Positions 18,149 through 27,228 of a stretch of DNA of 64,000 bases are shown here, in pieces. Origin of the DNA: an uncultured bacterium (lineage in GTDB: Bacteria > Patescibacteriota > Minisyncoccia > Moranbacterales > GWC2-37-73); NCBI GenBank assembly GCA_903851135.1, contig CAINNK010000021.1, positions 441 to 64,440 of the forward strand. The letters run 5' to 3'. The notes below the pieces were generated by a model. That model saw nothing but the letters and a program-made list of their open reading frames with translations, did not search any database and was not told the origin of the DNA. Every line of letters begins with the position of its first letter. Position 1 is the first letter of the stretch. The translations under genes were made by a program, and so were the position numbers.

Positions 18149-19438
18149 TCAACCTTTTTGGAGCGTAATTTCAACTATTTCGGAGTGCTTCTCTGTTCTC
18201 ATTGGCGTTCCCCAAGTTCCAAGGCCGCTTGAAGTATAGATAGAAAAGTTACCTTTTCTTTTCAAGCCATAATCATAGCCCCTAAACATAAAATGAGTGC
18301 AAATTCCAAAGGGAAAAAGCTGTCCCTTGTGGGTATGCCCTGAAAGCATCAAAGAAATGCCGAGTTTTCTAATTTTTCCGATTTGAGTTGGCATATGCCA
18401 AAGCAAAATGCTTGGTTTCGTGTTAGTAAAAGTTCCAATATGCTTAATGGTTTTGACGACACTGCGCTTTTCCATTTTGTCTGGATACTCAACACCGATA
18501 AACTGAAGTCCATCCACTGTTTTGATTTCATTTCGTAAGCAAGTTATTTTTGTTTTTCCCAAAACTTCAAAAGTTTTGTCAATTCCGAGATAAGTTTCAT
18601 GATTACCGGAAGCATAAAAAATTCCCTTAGGCGCCTTGAGCAAATTCAGCGGCTCAATAAAAACATCAATGTGACCATCAGTGCCATCAAAAAGATCCCC
18701 AGTTATCACAATAGCATCGGGATTGAGAGAATTTATTTTCTTGGCCACTTCCATCATATATTCATAATGATAAATATGACCCAAATGAATATCAGAAATT
18801 TGCACAATTTTTTTGCCTATCCAAACCTTAGGCAGATTATTAATAGAAACATTGATTCTTTTGACAATCGGAGTGAAGGCATTAACAATTCCATATAAGG
18901 TATATATAGCCGCTCCAAGAATGGCGAAACTTCCAATCATTCTCTCGCTAGGATCGATGCTCAGCAATTTACTTATCAAAACAACTATCCAGCCGAAAGC
19001 AAAAAAGAGCAGCAAGTTTATCATAAAGCCAACCCACACGCCTGAGAGGAAATAGTATTTACGATTGAAATGATTATCCCAACGATGAGCAAGTAGCGCA
19101 GAGATCATAATACTAAAACCCAAAAAGGATCCCAGTAAAAACAATAGCCAGATTAAAATATTTTTTTCATAGGGCTGGGAAAAAGGAAAAAAATGCGCCA
19201 CAGAATAATAAACTGCCACATGAGCAGCTATGTATGACGGAAGAACTAGAAAGAAGATCGCACTTGATTTTAAAATTTTTCTTATTTTATTCAGCATTTT
19301 GTTATTATCTAGTGAAATGAGTATCTCGATTTTTATCAGGACCGATTTAGCAGCGACAACCAAGGAATGTCCTTTATTATAACAATTATTGCAAGCGCTG
19401 CCAAGCCTGATTTCAGAAATTAAGTTTTCCAGTAACAA
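18149..19438 (-). CDS. Membrane-anchored calcineurin-like metallophosphoesterase; start probably at an internal Met near 19297
   Basis: N-terminal TM helices then QISDIHLGH...GDLFDG...GNHE...GHTH metallophosphatase motifs. Confidence 0.75.
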   Translation of the reverse strand: MLLENLISEIRLGSACNNCYNKGHSLVVAAKSVLIKIEILISLDNNKMLNKIRKILKSSAIFFLVLPSYIAAHVAVYYSVAHFFPFSQPYEKNILIWLLFLLGSFLGFSIMISALLAHRWDNHFNRKYYFLSGVWVGFMINLLLFFAFGWIVVLISKLLSIDPSERMIGSFAILGAAIYTLYGIVNAFTPIVKRINVSINNLPKVWIGKKIVQISDIHLGHIYHYEYMMEVAKKINSLNPDAIVITGDLFDGTDGHIDVFIEPLNLLKAPKGIFYASGNHETYLGIDKTFEVLGKTKITCLRNEIKTVDGLQFIGVEYPDKMEKRSVVKTIKHIGTFTNTKPSILLWHMPTQIGKIRKLGISLMLSGHTHKGQLFPFGICTHFMFRGYDYGLKRKGNFSIYTSSGLGTWGTPMRTEKHSEIVEITLQKG

Positions 19439-19486
19439 TCTGTTTCTTCAGCAAAAGCCCGTTTTCACCCAAAACGTGAGAAAAAA

Positions 19487-22400
19487 TTATAATTCTCTCT
19501 GATATTTTTCAACTAGCTTAGTCTTAGTTAACGGTCCAACCGAACCAGTCACGGGAAGCTTGTTTTGTGCTTGAAAATCTCCAATAGCTGCTGTGGTTGC
19601 TTGATTGTAAAAACCCGTGACATCTGCCAAAGTGAGCAATTCAAGTTTAACCAGCGCTTGTTGAATGTTGGTAATGCCAACTTTAGTAAAAGTGTTAAAG
19701 TCAGCTTCAGTAAACTTTGAAAAAATGGTTTCCAGATTAATCTTACTTTTAGCCTTGGTAGAACCAGCGCCCGGATTTGTCACGGTAATTTTTCGACTTA
19801 AGTCAGTTTGAATATTAAGCAATTTTGTTAGACAAAAAGTAGCGCTGATTTCTTTGCTGGATTTCTTATTAACTGAAGCAGCACTTTTGCCGCCAATTTT
19901 TACTTGCGTGTCATGCGTGAAATGTTTTCCTTGAATATCTAGTCTTAACTTAGTTGCACATTTAGCGCTGCTTGGAAACAAGTAGGCACTCCAAGAATCA
20001 ACCTTGGCTTGTTCAGGCGTCTGAATTGGGACGACTGCAACTGTTCCAATGGAAGGTTCTCCCCCAGCTGAATAGGTAGTGGCGTGATTGGTTTGGAAAA
20101 CGCACAGTCCAGCAGAAACGCTGCAAGATGGTCCCTTGGTCCAACTTGTTTCTCCGGCATTTTGATACCAAATATCAAGAGTCTGATTGTCGTAAGAGCT
20201 GTCTACTGGGATGGTGACGGTAATATCTTTAGAAAATGAAAGTTTCAGATTTGGAATACCAATACTAATAGCACCAGCAATGTTGCCAGGGTTGGAACTT
20301 TTCAGGGCATCCGTAATGTCTTGAGCGGTCATAGTTGAAAGATCAAAATTCCCACCATCAGTTTTGGTCATTTCAGTTCCAGCTGGGAAAACAATTTTCA
20401 CGTCGCCAGAGGTGATGGTGTACTGTGTGTTAAAAGTTACTTTAGCAGTGCTTGTTGGATTAGAACCATCAACAGAGAGAAAGCCGGACAAAATATCTTG
20501 TTGAAATTTCTCAGCAACTGGACCTGAATTTTTCGGTTCATTCCAGACTGATGAATTTAATCTGTTGAACAAATCAGTATCATCATATCTTGAATAAAAA
20601 AACATTCCATTGCCATCATTAACGCCAACAGCCGCATTACGAGAAAGCGCAGCTGACTGATCTCCATAGTCAAGTTGGAAGGTGCTATTGTCATTGAGTG
20701 TTATTTCGAAATTTACAGCCTGACCAGAATCCGGATAGGCATACTCATTAGCCTGCCAACGAAAAACGACTTTCCCATCACCAATATTTGTCACATAAAC
20801 ATCATTAGTAATAAGATCTGTACCCATAGCAGCTATAATCGGAGAACCATTGCCTTCAGAAATCTTAAAGAGACTAGTATTCATATCACCTTTTTCATTA
20901 AAACCGAGATACCCGTTGGAACTAACAAAAACTTTGGTGTATGTATTACCAAAAAAATTGAACGAGAATGGTAAATCATACGACCAGTGATTATCATCAG
21001 CATTCCAACCCATGGCAGCCCCTCCGCTACGAAAATCATTTGAACTGGCAATATATTCAACTGAACCAGGAAATGGAATAATTGAATCATCAAAAATACC
21101 ACCATGCAAAGTTTGAAAAGTAGTAGTGTCATTAAAACGAGAAAAATAACGATTGACTTTAGCCCCATCCGCAATAACTATCCAAGGACCGCCCTCTTTA
21201 AAATTCATTGTAATATTTATGTCTGCAAAAAATATTCGTTTTCGAAGACCGCCAACTGTTCCTTCATCCATCGACAGAGGGCCCACAAAAGTTGCGTTAC
21301 CAGTAACAATTTTCCAATTTGAGCTCTTGTCTTTAAAGGTCGCATTACCCGCAACCGTACCATCTCCACTATTCATACTGGAATCATTGAATATAGCATC
21401 CCCATTAACAGTGCCGTCGTTAGAGCTTTCGCCATTAAATTCAGAATTATTGCCAACAACACCTTTATTGCGACTATTTCCATTGAATATCCATTTGTCA
21501 ATAACCTGCTCGTCGTTTCCAATATTAGAGTCGGCCGTGCCGCTTCCCCACACTCCATTGCCTGAAATAGTTATTAGACCTCCAAGAGCAGTTGAAAATT
21601 TTGCCTTTCCTGTGACAGCACCGTCATTGTAAGCTGCGTCATTAAATACAGCGTCACCAGTAACAGTGCCATTATTATAACTAGTGTCATTAAAAACCGG
21701 AACATTATCAATAATGCTTTGATTTGCACTGTTGCCATTAAAAACCCAAGAAATAATTGGGTTATCATCAATACCAACATTAGAGTCAACCATACCACCA
21801 CCCCATGTTCCTCCATCTGGAACAGTCATAACTCCACCAGTAGCATTGGCAAAAATCGCTTTTCCCCAAATAGTGCCTATATTATAACTCGCCCCATTAA
21901 AAGTAGCATCGCTATGAATGTTGCCACTGTTATTGCTCATGCCGTTAAAAATAGGATGATTGTCAATATCGCCATAATTAACACTTTCACCGTTGAAAAC
22001 CCATGCAGTGATAGGATTATTATCCGCCCCGACAATTGAACCAGTCGTGCCATATCCCCATGCCCCGCCATCCGGAACTGTCATCACCCCACCAGTTGCA
22101 CTGGAAAATTTAGCAATACCGGAAACAGAACCACCAGCCATTCGACTACCAGCATTAAACACCACATCGCCAGTAATGTTAGCCCCGTTATAGGCTGTTC
22201 CATTAAAAACAGCGCCATTTGTAACCACAATTGAAAAATCACTGACATTAACATGGCCATTCACTGTCAGCGTTTTAACTGTAACGTCCGGTCCTGAATT
22301 AGAAAAAACATTCCCCGTAATGATAACGTCGTCGCTTGCAGTCGGGAGATTAGTTGCAGCTGCAGTGAAACCAGAATCAGTCCACCAATTTCCAAGAATA

Positions 22401-22573
22401 TTCCAATCAGTACCATATGAATCATCATAATAAAGTGTAGTCGCACTAGCTCTAGATGTCAGCGCAAAAGAAAAAATAACCGAAAAAATTACCAACAACA
22501 AAAACTTGTTCTTCAAAATCATACCCATGCCTTCTGATTTTCGTCGCAAAAAAACTATTTTGTTTTTTTTCAT
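19487..22573 (-). CDS. Very large secreted surface protein, about 1000 aa: signal peptide, at least 9 parallel-beta-helix-like 24-aa repeats (FNGxSxNxGxVxGDAxFNDxSxN), Thr/Ser-rich region, C-terminal peptidoglycan-binding-like domain
   Basis: Signal peptide LLLVIFSVIFSFALTSRASA; iterated FNG/FND repeats; C-terminal LADVTGFYNQATTAAIGDFQAQNKLPVTGSVGPLT resembles a PG_binding_1 domain. Confidence 0.7.
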   Translation of the reverse strand: MKKNKIVFLRRKSEGMGMILKNKFLLLVIFSVIFSFALTSRASATTLYYDDSYGTDWNILGNWWTDSGFTAAATNLPTASDDVIITGNVFSNSGPDVTVKTLTVNGHVNVSDFSIVVTNGAVFNGTAYNGANITGDVVFNAGSRMAGGSVSGIAKFSSATGGVMTVPDGGAWGYGTTGSIVGADNNPITAWVFNGESVNYGDIDNHPIFNGMSNNSGNIHSDATFNGASYNIGTIWGKAIFANATGGVMTVPDGGTWGGGMVDSNVGIDDNPIISWVFNGNSANQSIIDNVPVFNDTSYNNGTVTGDAVFNDAAYNDGAVTGKAKFSTALGGLITISGNGVWGSGTADSNIGNDEQVIDKWIFNGNSRNKGVVGNNSEFNGESSNDGTVNGDAIFNDSSMNSGDGTVAGNATFKDKSSNWKIVTGNATFVGPLSMDEGTVGGLRKRIFFADINITMNFKEGGPWIVIADGAKVNRYFSRFNDTTTFQTLHGGIFDDSIIPFPGSVEYIASSNDFRSGGAAMGWNADDNHWSYDLPFSFNFFGNTYTKVFVSSNGYLGFNEKGDMNTSLFKISEGNGSPIIAAMGTDLITNDVYVTNIGDGKVVFRWQANEYAYPDSGQAVNFEITLNDNSTFQLDYGDQSAALSRNAAVGVNDGNGMFFYSRYDDTDLFNRLNSSVWNEPKNSGPVAEKFQQDILSGFLSVDGSNPTSTAKVTFNTQYTITSGDVKIVFPAGTEMTKTDGGNFDLSTMTAQDITDALKSSNPGNIAGAISIGIPNLKLSFSKDITVTIPVDSSYDNQTLDIWYQNAGETSWTKGPSCSVSAGLCVFQTNHATTYSAGGEPSIGTVAVVPIQTPEQAKVDSWSAYLFPSSAKCATKLRLDIQGKHFTHDTQVKIGGKSAASVNKKSSKEISATFCLTKLLNIQTDLSRKITVTNPGAGSTKAKSKINLETIFSKFTEADFNTFTKVGITNIQQALVKLELLTLADVTGFYNQATTAAIGDFQAQNKLPVTGSVGPLTKTKLVEKYQREL

Positions 22574-22744
22574 TTACCCTTTTAAAGCTCCAATTCTATT
22601 TTAGAAATAGCAGAAGCCCTATTGATATCAATTATTAATTCAAATTAATTCACTCATACAACAAAAATCATCCAGCGAAACAAATTTATTCGATACGCAC
22701 TTAAACTAATTTATGTTTTAAATTATAGCATAAATTTCAAGTTT

Positions 22745-22778
22745 TTAAAAAAATAAAACACCATCGCTGGTGTTTTAA
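22745..22778 (-). terminator. Rho-independent terminator (aacacc-atcgct-ggtgtt) with T-runs on both strands
   Basis: Hairpin flanked by tttatttttttaa on the minus strand, downstream of the 22821 stop. Confidence 0.55.
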
Positions 22779-22820
22779 AATAATATAAAATCTCAAAAAT
22801 AGCCTTCTGTCAGAATAGAA

Positions 22821-23348
22821 CTATTTTTTGAAAGCAATTGTTGCAGGCTCAAGGCTGACCAATGGCAACTGACCACAAACTTCACCATAACCTTGCAATG
22901 TAATCGTAGCCGGCTTTTTGGCTGAAGCTGCCTTTACAGCTGCAGTTACTTTATCTGTTGGATCAATTAATTTCACGTTAAAGCTGTTTGTTTTTTCGTC
23001 AATTTGATAATTTATAGTTGGAAATTTCGAAGCATCACTTTTTTTAATCGCAATAACTATGCCGTCATTTTCTGCTGACACAAGCCAAGCGCTGAATTGA
23101 TCAACGCCTTCAAAATAATGAGCATCGCAAGAATTACTATTGCCAGTATTTTCAACTCCCGCTTTTTGCCTGGAATCTTTGAGTGCTTGAACTAGCGCTT
23201 CATCTTTTTGCGATACCTGAGCCTGCCTTAACTCATTATCCAATGCAGCCATTTCCTTAACATTTCTCAGCCAAAAAATTCCACCAATAACAATAGCCAA
23301 CAAAAGAATAAGCCCGATTGCAAACTCACTAGCGATTTTTTTGTTCAT
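22821..23348 (-). CDS. Hypothetical membrane-anchored protein
   Basis: N-terminal TM helix; no recognisable motif. Confidence 0.35.
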   Translation of the reverse strand: MNKKIASEFAIGLILLLAIVIGGIFWLRNVKEMAALDNELRQAQVSQKDEALVQALKDSRQKAGVENTGNSNSCDAHYFEGVDQFSAWLVSAENDGIVIAIKKSDASKFPTINYQIDEKTNSFNVKLIDPTDKVTAAVKAASAKKPATITLQGYGEVCGQLPLVSLEPATIAFKK

Positions 23349-23423
23349 ATTTTTTTTGATTTTTAATTCTTTATTTCATTATACCACAAAATTAAATTTT
23401 TCCAATAACTCAAATCAAAATAA

Positions 23424-24542
23424 TTATCCACAATGGCTGTTTCTCATTTTCAACAATTCGCTTTCAATAATATCTTTCATTTTTTCCTTAAAAATTTCCC
23501 GATTAAATTTTTGGACCTTGGCGGAAATATATTGGGAATCAAAAGTCAAGGTGTTAAATTTTCTGACGGCCTGGGCGATTGCTTGGCTGGTTTGCTCTTG
23601 AAAAAAAACGCCCATGGTTTGATCCTCCATATGTTCAGGAATGTCACCGCCCAGAAAAGCCACCAGTGGTTTGCCGCAAGAAAGGGCTTCCATCGCCACA
23701 ATTCCGAAATCTTCTTCTTGGGGGAAAATGACACCCTGACACTGACGATAATATTTTTTTAGCTCCTCATCATCAACTCGACCCAAAAATTCAATGCTTC
23801 GGCCAGCTATTTTTTTAAGTCTTTTCAACTCCGGACCGCGTCCAATGATTTTAAGGGTTATGCCTAATTCATTAAAAGCCTTAATTGTGATGTCATGACG
23901 TTTATAGGCAATGAGTCTGCCGACCATCAAAAAATATGGCTTACTGCGACTTTCTTTTTCGACCGGCGAAAACCTTTTTGTATCAACCGGCGGATGAACA
24001 ACGATGGAATCTTTGCGATAATATTTTTTGATTCGATTGGCTACAAAATTTGAATTGGCCACAAAAACATCCACCCTGTCAGCGCTCACCTTGTCCCAAA
24101 GCCGAATGTAATTCATCGCAAAAGGAATGATGCTTTTGATAAAACCTGGGAAATAAAAGTCTCGAGTGTATTTCTGGCAATCATCCCAAGCATACCGCAT
24201 CGGCGTGTGCATATAGCAAATATGCAGAGTTTCCGGACGCGTGATGATACCTTTGGCATAACTAGAAGAATCTGAAACAACCACATCATAGGCGGAAAAA
24301 TCAAATTGCTCAATGGCTGGTGGCATCAACAGTGGGAAAATCCGATGCCAATTTTTCGTAAAAGGCATTTTTTGCAAATAAGAAGTGTAAATTCTTTTAT
24401 CCTCAAAAGCCCCGTGCATCGCTTCTTTGTTATACACAATCGTATAAATAGGCGCATAGGGATACATTTCGCAAAAACATTCCAGCACTCTCTCAGCGCC
24501 ACCATGCTGCACCAAATAATCATGAACAAAAGCTATACGCAT
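23424..24542 (-). CDS. Glycosyltransferase family 4 (GT-B fold)
   Basis: EEDFGIVAMEALSCGKPLVA matches the GT4 EX7E motif region. Confidence 0.8.
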   Translation of the reverse strand: MRIAFVHDYLVQHGGAERVLECFCEMYPYAPIYTIVYNKEAMHGAFEDKRIYTSYLQKMPFTKNWHRIFPLLMPPAIEQFDFSAYDVVVSDSSSYAKGIITRPETLHICYMHTPMRYAWDDCQKYTRDFYFPGFIKSIIPFAMNYIRLWDKVSADRVDVFVANSNFVANRIKKYYRKDSIVVHPPVDTKRFSPVEKESRSKPYFLMVGRLIAYKRHDITIKAFNELGITLKIIGRGPELKRLKKIAGRSIEFLGRVDDEELKKYYRQCQGVIFPQEEDFGIVAMEALSCGKPLVAFLGGDIPEHMEDQTMGVFFQEQTSQAIAQAVRKFNTLTFDSQYISAKVQKFNREIFKEKMKDIIESELLKMRNSHCG

Positions 24543-24629
24543 ATAAGTCTATAAAGTTGAAAGTTATAAAGTGTGCTTCATTATGAACGAAGTAACTTTT
24601 ACGGGGTTAAAAGTTTCAAAACGTCGCTC

Positions 24630-24715
24630 GCAGACATTTTTCTTTTTATCCCAGTGAAAGTGTTTTTTTGTTATTTGACTTTTTAACATCAAAGTAAACC
24701 ACTTTCAAGCGAAAA
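24630..24715. repeat. Family-F 85-bp repeat, copy 1; inverted partner at 31071-31157
   Basis: Reverse complement matches 31071-31157 with only a few mismatches. Confidence 0.75.
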
Positions 24716-24779
24716 AAGAAAAAGTATGCTCGCTCAACAAATACTAATACCAAATTAACTAAAACACTGTTAGTTTCAA

Positions 24780-24814
24780 GGAGGCTCGACCTCCATAATG
24801 GAGGTCGAGCCTCC
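24780..24814. repeat. Perfect GC-rich palindrome ggaggctcgacctcc-ataat-ggaggtcgagcctcc (REP-like hairpin) just 3' of recJ
   Basis: 15-bp arms are exact reverse complements; no adjacent T-run. Confidence 0.8.
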
Positions 24815-24886
24815 AACGTCTATCTACTACTAATTAAGTTAATTCCGTATAACGTATGCGAGTGAAATCTTGCGAAAAAATAGTTA

Positions 24887-26620
24887 CTATGATCCTGACA
24901 ATCGCATATCAACCACGTTTAATTGAATTCGACTGTTGCCGTTCCAATCATCTCTTTGAAGATTGCATACGACATCGATTCGATCGCCTTCTTTAAATGC
25001 TGCAAATTTTTCGCCGCCGCCAAAGCTGATAGCTTCAAATACTTTCATTTTGTCCTTGCTACCAATAGGTTCAGCTTCAGCTGCTACCAGAAAAAATTTC
25101 ACATGTTTTTTTTCACTGCCCAGAAAACGTTTTTCACTAATGATAAGATTTTCCAACAACAAAATTGGTTCTTCATTGCCAATACCAAAAGGTCTGAGTT
25201 TTTCAATATCAGCAATCAGCTTGAAATCTATTTCAGCTGCAGCCACTTGTCCGTCAATAATAATTTCAACTTCTAACTGAATTCCTTCCAATTGCTTTTC
25301 AATGATTGCTTCCAAGGCTTTTTGAAAATTTTCCAGTTGGTCATTTCGCACTGACACCCCAGCTGCTTGACTGTGCCCACCAAACTTCACCAAAAACTGA
25401 CTACACTGTCCAATGGCTTCAATAATATTTATCTGCGGAATGCTGCGAAAAGAGCCTTTACTTTCTTGCTCGCCTTGCTGGAAAACAGCTGTTGGCTTGC
25501 CATATTGCTGGGCAATTTTTCCGGCCACCAAACCGACAATTCCGATTGAAAAATGTTCACCAATAGCAAAAATCAGTTTTTTGTCTTTGTATTGCGTTTC
25601 TGCCAAAGCTTTGATTTCACTAACGATCTCGCTGGTGATTTTTTGTCGCTGAGTATTGCTAGCTTCCAGCTCAAGCGCAAAATCACGCGCCCGAATAACA
25701 TCTTTTTCAATGATTAAATTGTAAGCCAAATTAGCGTGATTGATTCTACCGGCCGCATTGATTCTTGGCGCAACATAGAAAGAAACTTTTTTTGTGTCTG
25801 GAATTGCAGATTCATCAATCGCAATTCTGCCCACCGTGAACAACTCCAAAAGTCCGATGCGTCGAGTTTTAGAAAGTACTACCAAGCCATATTTCACAAA
25901 TAATCTATTTTCGCCAATCAGTGGAACACAATCAGCAATCGTTCCAATTGAGACCAAATCAAGCATCCATTTTGTCTGCCCGATTTTTTCCGGCATCAAT
26001 CTTGCATAAATTGCTTGCACAACTTTAAAGGCCACCCCCACACCAGCTAGTTCTGCAAATGGATAGCCGCAACCCTCTTGATGAGGATTAATGATTGCAA
26101 AAGCGTCAGGCACCTGCGCGGGAACATGATGGTGATCAGTGATAATAACGTCAATGCCAAACTCCTTGGCTTTTGCTGTTTCCGCAAGACTAGTAATGCC
26201 GCAATCAACCGTGATAATCAACTTAACTCCAGCCACTTTGAATAAGTCAATGGCCAACAAATTCAATCCATAACCCTCAGTTCTTTTGTCTGGAATATAC
26301 ACATCCGCCTCAATGCCCAGCTCGCTAAAAGTTTCTTTCAGGATTGCTGAAGATGTGATGCCATCTGCGTCATAATCACCAAAAATAATTACTTTTTCCC
26401 GAAGATCGCGCGCCTGCTTAATCCGCTCAACCAATTTTTCCATCTGACTAAAAAGAAACGGGTCATGAGTGTCCGTTTGATAATCAGGAGTAATAAATTT
26501 TTCCAATTCTATTTCACTCTTCAAGCCCCTGGCAAGTAAAATTTTTGCCACCAGCGGGTGAAGCTTCAAAGAAAAATCTACTGGAATTTCAACACTTTCT
26601 TTCTTCAGCCATTTTGCCAT
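24887..26620 (-). CDS. recJ: Single-stranded-DNA-specific exonuclease RecJ
   Basis: DHH motifs (ITVDCGITS, IITDHHH), DHHA1 domain, C-terminal OB region. Confidence 0.85.
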   Translation of the reverse strand: MAKWLKKESVEIPVDFSLKLHPLVAKILLARGLKSEIELEKFITPDYQTDTHDPFLFSQMEKLVERIKQARDLREKVIIFGDYDADGITSSAILKETFSELGIEADVYIPDKRTEGYGLNLLAIDLFKVAGVKLIITVDCGITSLAETAKAKEFGIDVIITDHHHVPAQVPDAFAIINPHQEGCGYPFAELAGVGVAFKVVQAIYARLMPEKIGQTKWMLDLVSIGTIADCVPLIGENRLFVKYGLVVLSKTRRIGLLELFTVGRIAIDESAIPDTKKVSFYVAPRINAAGRINHANLAYNLIIEKDVIRARDFALELEASNTQRQKITSEIVSEIKALAETQYKDKKLIFAIGEHFSIGIVGLVAGKIAQQYGKPTAVFQQGEQESKGSFRSIPQINIIEAIGQCSQFLVKFGGHSQAAGVSVRNDQLENFQKALEAIIEKQLEGIQLEVEIIIDGQVAAAEIDFKLIADIEKLRPFGIGNEEPILLLENLIISEKRFLGSEKKHVKFFLVAAEAEPIGSKDKMKVFEAISFGGGEKFAAFKEGDRIDVVCNLQRDDWNGNSRIQLNVVDMRLSGS

Positions 26621-26644
26621 AAGTTCATTAGCTAGTATTTAATT

Positions 26645-27223
26645 TTACTTCACTTTCAAACCACAACTCGGACAAAAAAATCTCGCTTCCAATACACCAT
26701 CTCTTTGCTTTTCAAATTTTAAACCAAGTGAAAGTTTTTCACCACAATTGGAACATTTGAAATCTTCACCAATGTTCAACTCTTTTGCTAAAGGTTGAGC
26801 ATCCAGAGCTGAGACATCAAATTCCAACCTATATTCTGCGTCAACCGCATCAAGAACAGCCTTAATGCGCTCAATAACTTCAACTGGACGCGTAACTCCT
26901 CTCACAATAAAATCTTTAACCCCCATATTCGCTGCCCTTTCATTATCATCTTCCCTTCCTGTATGAGAAGAAATCACAAAAGGAATGCTAGCTGTTGTTG
27001 GATTTTTTCGCAGCGCTTCTATCATGGAAAATCCATCCATGCCCGGCATCATGATTCCCGTAAAAACAACATCTGGCAATTCTCGAGTTGCCAAATCGAA
27101 ACCTTCCGCGCCACCACTGGCCTGGAGCACTTCAAAATTCTCATTCTGAAATATCTCAGCATACATTTCTCGCAATTCAATATCATCATCAATAATCAAG
27201 ATTTTTGACTTTTGGTCTGCCAC
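26645..27223 (-). CDS. Response-regulator receiver domain fused to a C-terminal zinc ribbon (CxxC...CxxC)
   Basis: CheY-like ILIIDDD...D...MPGMDG...K layout, then CSNCGEKL...CPSCGLKVK. Confidence 0.75.
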   Translation of the reverse strand: MADQKSKILIIDDDIELREMYAEIFQNENFEVLQASGGAEGFDLATRELPDVVFTGIMMPGMDGFSMIEALRKNPTTASIPFVISSHTGREDDNERAANMGVKDFIVRGVTRPVEVIERIKAVLDAVDAEYRLEFDVSALDAQPLAKELNIGEDFKCSNCGEKLSLGLKFEKQRDGVLEARFFCPSCGLKVK

Positions 27224-27228
27224 AATTT

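Noticed and set aside
21153-21632. 159-aa plus-strand ORF inside the beta-helix protein gene
   Set aside because: Repeat DNA yields long antisense ORFs, and the sense frame has a signal peptide and consistent repeats.
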